Below are positions 47,601-59,600 of a stretch of 64,000 nt of DNA, one piece after another. Source of the stretch: Podarcis liolepis (Eukaryota); NCBI GenBank assembly GCA_965112155.1, contig OZ218105.1; one strand, written 5' to 3'. The position numbers and the translations under genes are program-made. How positions within the stretch are numbered: position 1 is the stretch's first letter; each line of letters begins with the position of its first letter. Under the pieces are notes generated by a model. That model did no database searches. It worked only from the letters and a program-made list of their open reading frames with translations, and was not told the DNA's origin.

Positions 47601-50600
47601 TCCCAAGCTTTTTAAATTAAAAAAAAACACCCTTTTCTTGATCTGTTTTATTTTGGATACTGTTTTTAAAGAGTTTCTGTTTCTAGTTTTTAAATGCATT
47701 AGTTATTTATGGTTTTTAATATTTTATTATAAGGTCTTGGGTTGGATCCTGAGTTGCTTTCAGTGAATAGAAAGACTCCTCCTATTCACAGAATGGATTG
47801 CAATCCAAAAAGAGCAAGCAAGAATAGGTGGCTTTTGCCTGTTTCCCCTTCCAATCCCTTACCACACTGCCTTTGAGGCCTTCAACCCCCCAGGAGGGAT
47901 GTAGGGCTAAGGGAGAATAAACAAAAAATACTTATTTCCATTTCTTCAAGTGAGTGGAGTTCTGTTCTTCAGAACTCTGGATCAAAGCCATTGTATCTGA
48001 TTGGCAGGGAATCTTATCAAAATAAATAGTGATGGAGGCTGACCCAAGGCCTCGCTTCATGTTCCAACACCAGGAGAGACACATTTTGTTGCAATTGTGA
48101 CAGGGCTTTTCAGTTGGGGTATCGGATTGTGCAACTGCCTCCTCCCAAAAAGATTTGATTAGCCTATTCAGCGATGATTGTTAGGTGGGTGGTTAAGATT
48201 TACTTTATTTTGGAAGGCTTTTGATTAGTTTTTAATTCATTCCTGCCTGTGGATTTGTTCTGTTAACTTGTTTTAAGACTCTTGGCTTTCATAACATTGT
48301 CTAACTGGTATCAATGTTGTAAATTGCCTTGACTGAACCTTTCAGGACTGAAATCTATAGTGTATCCAGTTGTGTCTCCCTGCTGACAGAAGTGACAGAA
48401 GGCACTTTGATCCAGCAAAGGCTTCATTAGCTGAACAGTAGGCAATCTGCACCCCCCTCCAAATCTGATCAAGAGGGTTTGGAGACCTTTTGGCAGATAA
48501 GTGTATGGACCAGCAGGAGAAAGGGAGAATTTGCCAAAACCACCTCCCCACCTTTCATCAGCAGAGAGGCACAACTGTATACAATTCATAAAATATCAAG
48601 TAGAGGAATGTGGTTCAGTTTTTAATGCAAAAGGGATGCATGCGTGGTGGTACTAAACCCCCTCCCACCTGTGGTTGACCTCCATGCAGTAGTTATGTCC
48701 CCTACCCCCAAGAACATTTCTTCTGAGCATATCTATCTCCCTCCTTTTAACTAACACCATATCAATATACTGACTATACCCCAATGTTTCAAGAGCAGTC
48801 CATGATGCCACATTGGGATGAGGAACACAAAGCCAAAATCTAATTGGACATGCAGAACTGAACCATTACTCTGAGCTAGATGGCTTTTGAAAGCTAGTCC
48901 ACCATATTCAATGAGAATTTCTATACTATATCATCATTATTATATTTATCTCTGCCATCCCCTCGCACACTTTATCATCACAAGGCAGCTTAGGCTGAGA
49001 GCATGTGCCCGGTCCAAGGATAGCCAGTGAGTGTCAGGGTTAAGTGGACTTTTGTCCAAGTCTCCTAGTTTACTACTATTAGCACAACACTATTTATTGT
49101 GCTAGAATTTCTTCCATTTAAGTATACTTAGGATTACACCAAAGTGATACACATACCATTTCAGAGAATGAAAGAGAAAAATTCAAGTTTGGAAATGTGT
49201 GCACCATACAGACACACTCACTAGAAAGCCAGTATAGACCACAACCTCAACCTTTTCTGCTTTGTAATACATGGCATAGCCTTTTAAAAGATTTCAATTC
49301 TAATAGTATTTGCTTAAATCCTTCCCTTAGCTATCTTTACTGACTGCAACCAATTAAAATAGCACTTAGGACCCATTACTACCAGCTACACTGGAGTTCT
49401 GTAATAGCTTTATTTGTACAACTAATAAGTGAAAATGTGAACTATGCTATGTCTCTTAAGGATTTTTTCTTTAATATACTCTACTGTTCTCCACTACAGA
49501 AGACAAAGAAAATATTTTTCCATTAAAAAAATAATCTATGTACAACTACAGACATGAGCAAAAAATTAATAATTTTGGTCTAAATGCTTTTTTTGTATTT
49601 TCAAGAAGTTAAAACAAGGACAACCAAACTGCAATGCAACATTAAAACAAATGATAGAGATACTGAGTTCTTATGGGAATATATTTTGAGATGTTGCAAT
49701 GAGATTACATATCAGCTAATATCCTTTTAATGAAAGCAAGTCATTGAGCAGTCCAATCGAAGTTTATTGAAAGAGGCATTTGGCGTTTCCAGTTCCATAC
49801 AAAATCCATTCCACTATCATGAGTACATGTAAATGAGTGTACAACATTGTCTAATATCTTTTTATTTCTAAGATTTTAAAAATGAAAATAATGAAAATCC
49901 ACTATTTGCTGGATTTGAACACGTTAATATTGAATAAATTTGATATAGCAGAAGCACAAGCAATCATGAGTTCAAAATGACAAGCATGGCTGACTGCATT
50001 CCCAGAACCTGAGAACCAGAAGGTCAGTTATGTAAATTCTGATGTTTATCTGAAAAGGACCACAAAGTCTTTAGTGCTTGAAGGAGGTTTTTCATCATGT
50101 GAGTCTCAGTATGTCTTGACTGTATCACTCTGCGTGTCTCTAATAATATTGGCCAGGATCCAAACAACAAGGGAATTACTCCCATGATCTCAAAAACTCT
50201 ACTGGACTTGTGTCCCCGCCCCAACAGTTGCCCCCCCCCTTTTTGTATGGCAAACTGTTTTTGAAACTGAAAGGAGCTTCAAAATCATGATAGGACATGG
50301 GAGGTCAGATATGGGGGTGGGGCAGGGAATGATGGACAAAAGATCTATTTAGATCCAAGCAATTTAATTTCCATCTTATGTTAATTGTACCCAACAGGCT
50401 GTAAAACGTGACTGTGATTCATCACCATGTATTTAAAATAGTTGCTAAAATATACTTGTAATGCCTTTTCCGCAATGCTCATTAAAATGCATGGGAGACG
50501 CACTGAGCATTGTTATGCCTTTTCATTTTTCCTAAGGAGAAATTTCTCTGGTTTGTGCCTAGCAACTTCCCCACAAATAATTAAACATCTATAATACTGT

Positions 50601-53600
50601 TGTTTTTATGAGAGTTTAACTTTCGTTTCTAAATATGTACTGAATCCATTTTTTATTGAACATGACAAAGAGTTTGAGTATGGAATAGTTTAAGAGTGCT
50701 TCCAACTGGGCTTAGCGTTGTAAATGAGTCATTCAGATTTCACATATGGCTTCACTGGCAATGGGTGTTTTTTAAAAATTAATTTATTGGATTTTCTGTG
50801 GAAAGGGTCTAATTACATGGCAAAAAACAAAGGCTGGTGTTTTGATGCTTATGACACTGTGATCACTGCAGAAAAAACTTGCAATCTCCTAATAAACACC
50901 CATCTGGAAGCACCTTTTATGATCAGGGATTTTTTTAGGGGTGGCGGCTCATAACCTAGCCTCATGGATCTGTTGCTAGAAGTACCTCAGAATCCAAAGT
51001 GAGGGAAATCCATTCAGTTCCACTCTATATTCTAATTTGGGGTGCGTTCATACTACCCCTTACTCTGCATCCAGTGCGCCCACACTGCTAATTTTTGAAA
51101 TCACATTCACATGTTGTTAGCCACAATCCTTACCAATCCTGTGGTTTCTTAACAAGAATTGCTGAGATTCGTGAGGCTTTTCCCTCCTCAAACCAGCTTC
51201 AATCTGATTAGAAAACTGGATGCTGAGTAGGCAGGAATGTGAACATAGCCTAACAGTGGTTGTTCAGGTGCAGATGACAGCTTCATGAACAAGAGTTCCA
51301 GGGGGGTTGCAGGGGCAGGAGACCAAAAATGCCATGTGCATCGGTTGAAGTCATCCCTGGCCCCTCCCTAATGTGGAAAACTCTGTGCAAATAAGACTTG
51401 AAACACAGCAGAGAAAAATGAACTTGCTGTGCTTCAAGCCACTAATGTGAGCGGACCCACAGGCTGCTGCTAGTCTTGCTTCCACTGGGCTGAGACAGAA
51501 GGCCAGGGTACTTGCTGATGCAGTTCTCTTTATAGTTCTTCCTGCACCAGAAACAATTTAACTAGCTTTGGGGTTTTACTAGTAGGATGGAGCCTTGAAG
51601 CTAATAGCACTGCTTTCATGGTGGAAATGGCTCATTTGACTGGACTGAAAGTGTCCCATATATATCTTGCGCTCTTATATTGCTACTTATCAAAAACTAA
51701 TAAAGGAGTAACTTTAATCAGGTAAAATATAGTAAATATTGATAGACTGGTAGAGCAAGAAAACCTACATTGTATATATTCTGCAATTCAATGTTATTGT
51801 AACAAATATATTAAAATTTCCCTCAGATGTCCTTACACAAATCCTCAGAATTCAATATGCTTCTTAAACATACTTGATTTATAAACACTGGTTAGTGATT
51901 ATATTTGCTTGCTGAGTTGGCACACACAAAGAGAGAAATAATGTATAAATATCAGAATTTAGGCAAAACTGGACATCTGTGGTTTCAGATAAGTGGTTTT
52001 AAAATAATTTTTTAATTCTTCTGAACTGGCTTTCCACTGCTTTTTATTTTTATTATTTAAAATTCCACTGATTTAAGATTATGACAATTCCTTCCCTAAT
52101 AATCTTGTGATGTTGCATTTTTGGTTTGCTGTCCTTTCATAAGTGATTTCTGTTCCCCAGCAAATTGATTAGAGAATCTACACATGCACAGAAAAGACTA
52201 CAGATGTTGAAATCAACTTGAATCAGAATCCGGTGATAATCTAGGCTGTTAATTCTTGCCATAGCTTTGAAAGCTCTCCCCTTTTTGAGGGGAGAAAAAG
52301 ATGGCTAAGAAAGTATATAGGCAGCAGTGCAAGGCAAACCTTTGAGAGTGTCCACTTGTTGTTAAGAGCTCTCTCACAAAGATAATATATAGTCCTTGCC
52401 ACCCCAAATAAGGCTGCTTCAAAGGGATGGGAGCTAAGCTGAGAGGCTGTATGTATGGTTGGGAAAAGTGTTTTGAGCGTCAATCTTGGAAATAAACCTG
52501 TTATCCTGGGAACCTGAACAACAGACAGGAAGGAGAAAAGGGAATGCTGAACACAAGCAACAATTTTACCCGTGCTTCTGATGTAACTCTAGCTCAAGTA
52601 TTAATTTCCTTAGCATACTAGCAAGACAGTTTAATGAAAGTGTAGCTAGTATGTGAAATAGGACAAGTGCCCTTCTAATCCTGCTGAAAAAACAGGCAAT
52701 TTTCTGTTCACTGGAAATGATGGGGTTTCTTTCACCTTGGGAGACCAACTGCCATCATTGGAGCAGAAGATAAGCCATGAAATTTCATCAATCCTGGGGG
52801 AAGGGATGAAGAAATTTGCCATTAAATTTAAAGTAGGTAACATTTTGAGCTTATTTATGTCACTTCCTTCATATTTTGAGCCTGTCCAGTAATGGAATTG
52901 CATCCCTAAAGCCATATGTTAGAACTAGGCAAGGAAGTCTAACAGTTAGGCAAGGAAGTCTAACACTGAAAGTCTTCAATGATTTGAAGTAGCTGCTTAA
53001 ATTTCTACAGTTTTTTAATTGAAAAAATGGTTATGAAATGTCAGGTATCACCCCTAGGAGGCACTATGACACAATACAAATACATTTATCACGCACAAAA
53101 CACCATAATAATATCTCTTTTCTCACATCATCTTTTAAAATAGCATGACTGGGCCACATTTGTTTACAAAAATGTATGAAGTGTGCATAAGGCTATAAGT
53201 ATGAACACAGAACTATATTTCATTGTCAATATATGTGCTGCTTTCTGATACTACAGAAATTATTGCAGCCATTCTTATGTTATGTTAGGCATATTAAATG
53301 GACATGAACTTTAAAATTCTCTCTCAGCAAAATGATGAACCAAGGAAAAAACTATTCTATGGCATGAATAAACCTTATAACATTTGTGCGTACTACTTCA
53401 AATCCAGTTCCATCAAGGAATTTCTTTGAAACTTCTTCTTTGGTTTGATTAAGTAAACTATACATTTTCTGGATTAGTTAATGGTTGAAACACTGGGATG
53501 CAGATGCACCAGAGACATACACTCTGCAAATCTAAAGGAACTGCCTTCTCTGTATGTATCACTTCCATGCACTCTTTTCAATATCTGTGCCACACAAACA

Positions 53601-56600
53601 TTTCCTCAGAACAGAGTGCTTTCTGTTGTGGCACACTGTGAAATGTTCTCTTTTAATAAATTCCATCAAGCCAAGAACTTAAATGAGTAAAGGCCACTCT
53701 AAATAAGATTCTGAGCTAAATGAAATTTGGATTTTTATTTTGTTTTCTTTGATTTGGCCAATTGCTATCGATTTATACTTTTTATCGATAATTTTGTGGG
53801 GGGGGGGTTGCTTCTGCTACTTTGGCTTTTTCGTTTTTCATTTTATTTTGCTATGTTGTTGTTTTAATGGTATGTTGTAGCCGCCTTCGGTAATTTTACA
53901 AGTAAGGCGGAATACAAAATTTTAAAATAAAAAAATAATGATGAATACTTACAAGAAGCCTTCTCATTCTCATAAGGCCAAACAAGAACAGAAATAGGGG
54001 GTGCGCCTTTTGATAGTACAAGATATAAAATATTAGATTGTTATTCAGAAATATTTGTAGATGTAAAGTTCTCCATCCATTTCGTATCTGCTGTAATTTT
54101 ATCAACAGATATTATATTCACATTTCTTGCTCCCATCTTACCTTAGATCTCAAGAACTAAACACAGCTGCCAAAGAACATCTTTCTTCCACAGACAGAGC
54201 TCTAAAAGTGAAACCCAGCTAGTACCCAATATCAGCTGACAGTAATGTAAAAAGGCAATAAATTTGATTCTTTTGTGCCTTTTTATTGAAAAAAGAGAGC
54301 ATAAGAGGTCCCTATAAATGAATAGTAAAAATACTTAAAGAAGACAGTCAATAAAGTTTTCAGATTAATTTATAAAAGGATGGATGAGCTGGGAGGTTTT
54401 TCAAAAGCACAAAAAGGAAACTCCAATTTTGTACAGGATCAGAATAATGTTAATCAGAAACGGCAATCAATTAAATACTCCCAAACAACACCCCCCCATG
54501 TAGATATGTGGCTGTGATAGGCCTCAGTGGAAACAAACATTTTTGTACCACATAAAAAAAACAGATTTTCTGTATGTTGATTACTTCCCTCAGTCATACT
54601 TCAAACAAACTCTCTCTCATGTGTAAAACAATTACTTTCTTTAGCTAACTTTTCAAAAACAATTCTTTTTGTGTTGTACTCTGCATGCTGCACTAACAAA
54701 TAAGCTTAAGGTTACTGAAATGCCATTTACCTAGGATCATAAGATGTACTCAAGTTAGAATCATATGACAACAAACCATTTGATTTCTTCCTGGGGAATA
54801 GACTGTGCCCTCTACATTACTGAAGTATATTATTTAATACAAGTTAACCTCAGCACCTTGAACAGTTGGCATCCAAATCATGGCCTCTTGAGCCAAGGAG
54901 GAATAAGAAGGGCTCTCTTCAAGTTAAGCAATGCAAATAAATTGACTTGAAGTGCTTGCAAGTGCCCCCTGCTCTCTCAAAAACTTCTTTCAGTCTTCCT
55001 CAGTTCTAAGGGACACTCTTGGGCCCTTCTGGCAAGGGACAAGAGACTAAAAAGTGAACTTGGAACTCTCATATGAAATCCAAGTTATTTAAGGCACAGT
55101 GCCAGCCCCAAAGCAGGCATTTTGTTCCCCCATCACACTTACGTGCTGTCGGAAAACTGCTTTCAATTAAAGCCAATTGGCTAATCTGTTGTACTTTGTT
55201 TTCAAGAAAAAAATAAAAAATTGTCCTCAATGGATTCTTATATTGCCATGCGATCACATCTGCTCTGGGCTTTTAAAATCAAACTAACATGAGAGAGGGG
55301 AAAATATCAACCTTCTTGTTATTTAGAAACATAATAATTTTGTCAGCGTATTTAAATAAAAATGTCATCAACGCTTAAGCACAACATTCAAAACTTGAAT
55401 CAGAAAGTTCGGAGTTTTCTCCTGGAGTTTCCAATCAGTTTACAGTGGATGAAGCTCAAGTGCTGATTCAAATTCTCACACAGTTCAAGGTAGTATTACA
55501 TCTGGGTTTCAACACAGCATTTCATTATCCTCTCATTGTTGTGGAGCTGTTGTGTCTTTACCCATCAACCAGTGTCGAAAATTATCTACCACGCTACTTA
55601 CAAGTGATCTGGAGCTCTGCTTTGTAGGTGGCAGGAACTGTCGAACATTGGTTGGTGTTTCCTTTTCAATGGAATGTCGCCTCTGAGGTGGCTGTCTCCT
55701 CTCTGGCTGTGGTGTGGATGATATTGGCAAGAATTTCGGAGGCACTATAAATTCAATCAGCATCAATTAGTTCTAAGTAACAGTTTACTTTGCTAATAAT
55801 CAGACATTTTCTTTTAAGAACAGGACCAATGACATCAAAGGAACCCAATCCTATTGTTCTACTCAGACTGTGGTGATGCTTTAATAAGTGGAACTGCATC
55901 AAGTGTTGAACACAATTTTCAGTGTATTTATTATGGTGGTAAATTTATAAAAACGATTCCAAGTCAGCTTCCAAGCCAAAATCTAATAAAATTCTTCTAT
56001 ATTTATTTTAATACCTTCACGGGAAGATAACAAAAATGTGAGCTAAGGTTTCTTTATAAACCACATACCTTTGTGTGAAATCAACCCAGAGTGAGGCTAA
56101 ACTATTTCCCCAACAATTCAGGAGGTTAGTTGACCTAATGATTTAACTCCCTTAGTCAATCCACATCTAAACCACTACATTGCAACATTTCTTCACTACA
56201 TCGGTGGTTGCTATAAGGATACTGCTTCAAATAATTAACATATGTACAATTGTACAGACTGTTAGCTGTATTTTCTAATATGGCTAAAATGATTTCTTGC
56301 TTCATTATACCCCATCCCTACAGATTCACATGACTACCAGTGGATTTTGCTACAGTAGGATTCTACAACTAATGAGTAGAAATATTCGGCATTGCTCCCT
56401 AGTAATCACAACCTCATCTGAAAGTGTGAAGAGCTTTTTTAAAAAAAGACCATGGAATTACAAAAGCATAATCCTCCCCTCTCCGCAGGCATCACTCTTA
56501 ATGTTTTGACCTCAAAACAGCACATTTGTAGCTACTCCATAAATGAAAGAGGGCATATGCCAACACAGCTGTTTTGATAGAGGTGATACACAAGTGTGTT

Positions 56601-59600
56601 GCTCAAACACTCCTCATATGGCCAGTACAAATCTATAGAATCACAGGAGGCCATGAGGATTTCAGATGTTCAAGACTTAAAGGTTGATGCAAAGTCAAAT
56701 CAAGTAACCTTTATTGGCATCACATAAGAACATTCAGAATACATTCAGAATAGATATGCCAGTATGATCTCGTCGCCACCCCAACAGCACAACAAAAGTT
56801 GTCAATAGATCCTGAAGTATCACACCTGTATTTTCCTTTAGACTGATCCGACTCCCTGGACACCAGGACTTTCCTTTTTTTTGCCAATTATTGTTATTTA
56901 TTTTACAAATTATTACAAATCTTTAACAAATTAATTCAACTTAAAAGAATTTTCTACAACTGGTTTCCTTCTCTCCTTATGAGATATGTCTAAGATAGAC
57001 CCATGTTGCTGTGTAAGTTTCCTTTAACTTAGTGTCCCTTGCTGGAGTCATCTGCTTCTAGAAGTTCCTACTGTACTGCACACTTTTTCAAAGGTTGGAT
57101 TCTTACCCTTTTTCCCAGATATGGTCTCTGGAAATGTATCTTCCATTTGGGAGGGAGAAATACTACTGCTGCTGGGTGATTTCTGTACATACTCCTCCTA
57201 GAAGAAAGAAAATAGGTCATTTAGATGTTCTTGTTGGTCAATTGCTTCCACTTTAAAAAGCAGACAACATCTGCAATACTTTATTTAACAAGTTCCAATT
57301 AAAAGAAATGCTTTAGCATTTCTACTTTCCAGTTATTAGCAAACTTTTCATGTGCCATGATCAGAGTTTTTATCAACACAAGGTACTGAAAAACACTAGT
57401 ATATATAAACATTGGATCACATTAATAAAAATATTGCTAGAAGACAACAGATTACAAAATCTTGTGGTTGCCCCCCCCAACACCTTTGCTCATGTACCTC
57501 TTTGCTCTGTTTCCATAAATTTTCTTATGTATATACTCAACAAATATTACTTTTATTCATTTGAATTTAGAATAGAGTTTGCGGCTTACATACTTATAAA
57601 GTATAACATGATTACTTAGCTGGTATTTCTACTCAATATAGCATTTTTCCTATTCTTTAAATTGTATTGGTAATTTGCTTTCAATTTATTATAACATGAT
57701 ATTCAACCTAAGGTCGTATTTACATTATATACAATCCAAGCTGTATTCTCCTGGCTATAAGCATTGAATAAATCACTGTCCCCGGCCAGTAACAGGAGCT
57801 TCACATTTTTCTTTTATGGCATCTTCTTTCAAAAAATGGAATTTCAAGTTAAATAAGCTGTAGCTCAGAAATTACACTCAAGCCCTTTCACTGATTGCTG
57901 CTATTGTTTAAGTACTTTATCACCAAATCATGACATGGCATGGTGGAAATTTGCACGTCCATATTCCAAAGCAAACTCACTTGATACACAAACAAAGATT
58001 TCTGTGCAGGTCATAACGTGGTTCTCTTTGGAATCCAGATCCACAACAAATACTACAAGGTGGCTCAAGAGCTTCATTTTTAACTTTTAAAAAAATGGTA
58101 CAAGCCATTCTGAGCAGCTACAAAGTACGGCTCCTGTTGCATGGATTAAAAATGGAGCTGCAAAGGCCCCCGGAACAATAGTTTGTGATTATGTGTCGTC
58201 ACTCTGAAGAAAATTATATGGCAGGGGGTGGGGATGACGTGATTGTTCCTATGGGCTGAAACAGACTTTTTTCTTTTTCTTTTTTTTAAAAAAAGTGAAA
58301 TTGGCATAAACCAAATTTGAACCATCTATCCATCTGTAATCAAGACTTCTATGTCAGGACTTTAGAGAAGAGAGCTGTAATTAATTCAGTTTCTGTTTAA
58401 GTGAAATAAGAGTTAACTTTAACTGAAACACTTGTTAGCATTATATATAAACAGCGTTAAAACCTTGATGATTTTATCACAATGCATTTTGTAATAAAAA
58501 AATTCTGGTATTGTAAGTTTGTCTGTTCCAACTCCTCAGTAGCTGAGGGTGGGGTGAGAAAGAGGTGAATGCTTCTGTTACAAGCATGCCTGACCTGGAA
58601 ATTTTTATAGGCATCAGGAATGCTACCTGGCTTACTGGTGCATGGAAGTTTACCTGCTTGATGGTGTGTCTCCTTGAAATTGCCTTGTTAGCCAAACAAA
58701 CTGAATCCCCATAGAACATCCCTTAAGTCGCCTGTTCAAGTATTGCTTTGACCTTGAGTCCTAGCAAAGGTTCACGGAAACCTACCGTATTTTTCTCTCT
58801 ATTACACGCAGATTTTTTCTTCTAAAAAGGAAGGGGAAATGTCTGTGCGTGTTATGGAGCGAATGTGGGGGGGGGTCCCTGGAGCCGATTAGGGGAGCGC
58901 AGGAACAAAAATCAGCAAAAATCAATCGTGCGTTGTGTCCGAGAGGGAAACCTGAAAAGAGGAAGTTGCAGCTTTCCTGCATTCTGCCTCAGGGTCTTAC
59001 TGCCCACCCTCCTCTGTTTCGTTGCTGTGTTTGCTCAAACGGAACAAAGAGCAGGGAAAGCCCCTCCCCTCCAGGCAAGCAGAGGGGAAAGCAGAGGTCT
59101 TTCCTTCTAGTAATTCCTCTCTGTGCTCCTCGCAGGCAGCCAGAAAGCATGCAGGAGGAGAGAGAAAGCTGGCTTCGGTTTGTGGAAACTTTTGCCTTTC
59201 TTTCCTCCCTCCCGTAAAATCCCTCTCCTGCTTTCTTAGCCAGCTGCTTCTCTGCACAACGCTCTCTTGTCCCTTCTGTGTTTTTCCTTCACTCCCCACT
59301 TAAAATGTAGTTACAAAGCATGGATCCACATGGATCCTCAGGATCTTTGCATTGGGCCACCCCAAATTCACCATCAGATCACATAGCAGCCTGCCCCCCC
59401 AAAATCACACACCCACTGTTGCCTGGGGCTGCAATGGTGCAAAAACGTGGTTAAAAAGCATGGATCCACATGGATCCTCAGGATCTTTGCATTGGGCCAC
59501 CCCAAATTCACCATCAGATCACATAGCAGCCTGCCCCCCCAAAATCACACACCCACTGTTGCCTGGGGCTGCAATGGTGCAAAAATGTGGTTAAAAAGCA

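Noticed and set aside
54142-54201. 60-nt pseudo-exon on the minus strand (ttttag|…AAG|gtaaga) between SPIRE1 exon 12 and ExonC
   Set aside because: Contains an in-frame TAG and has no homology support. Such site pairs arise by chance; junction reads would be needed to call a poison exon.
57981-58052. 72-nt pseudo-exon on the minus strand (ttgtag|…AA|gtgagt) in a SPIRE1 intron
   Set aside because: Weak pyrimidine tract, in-frame TGA, no independent support.
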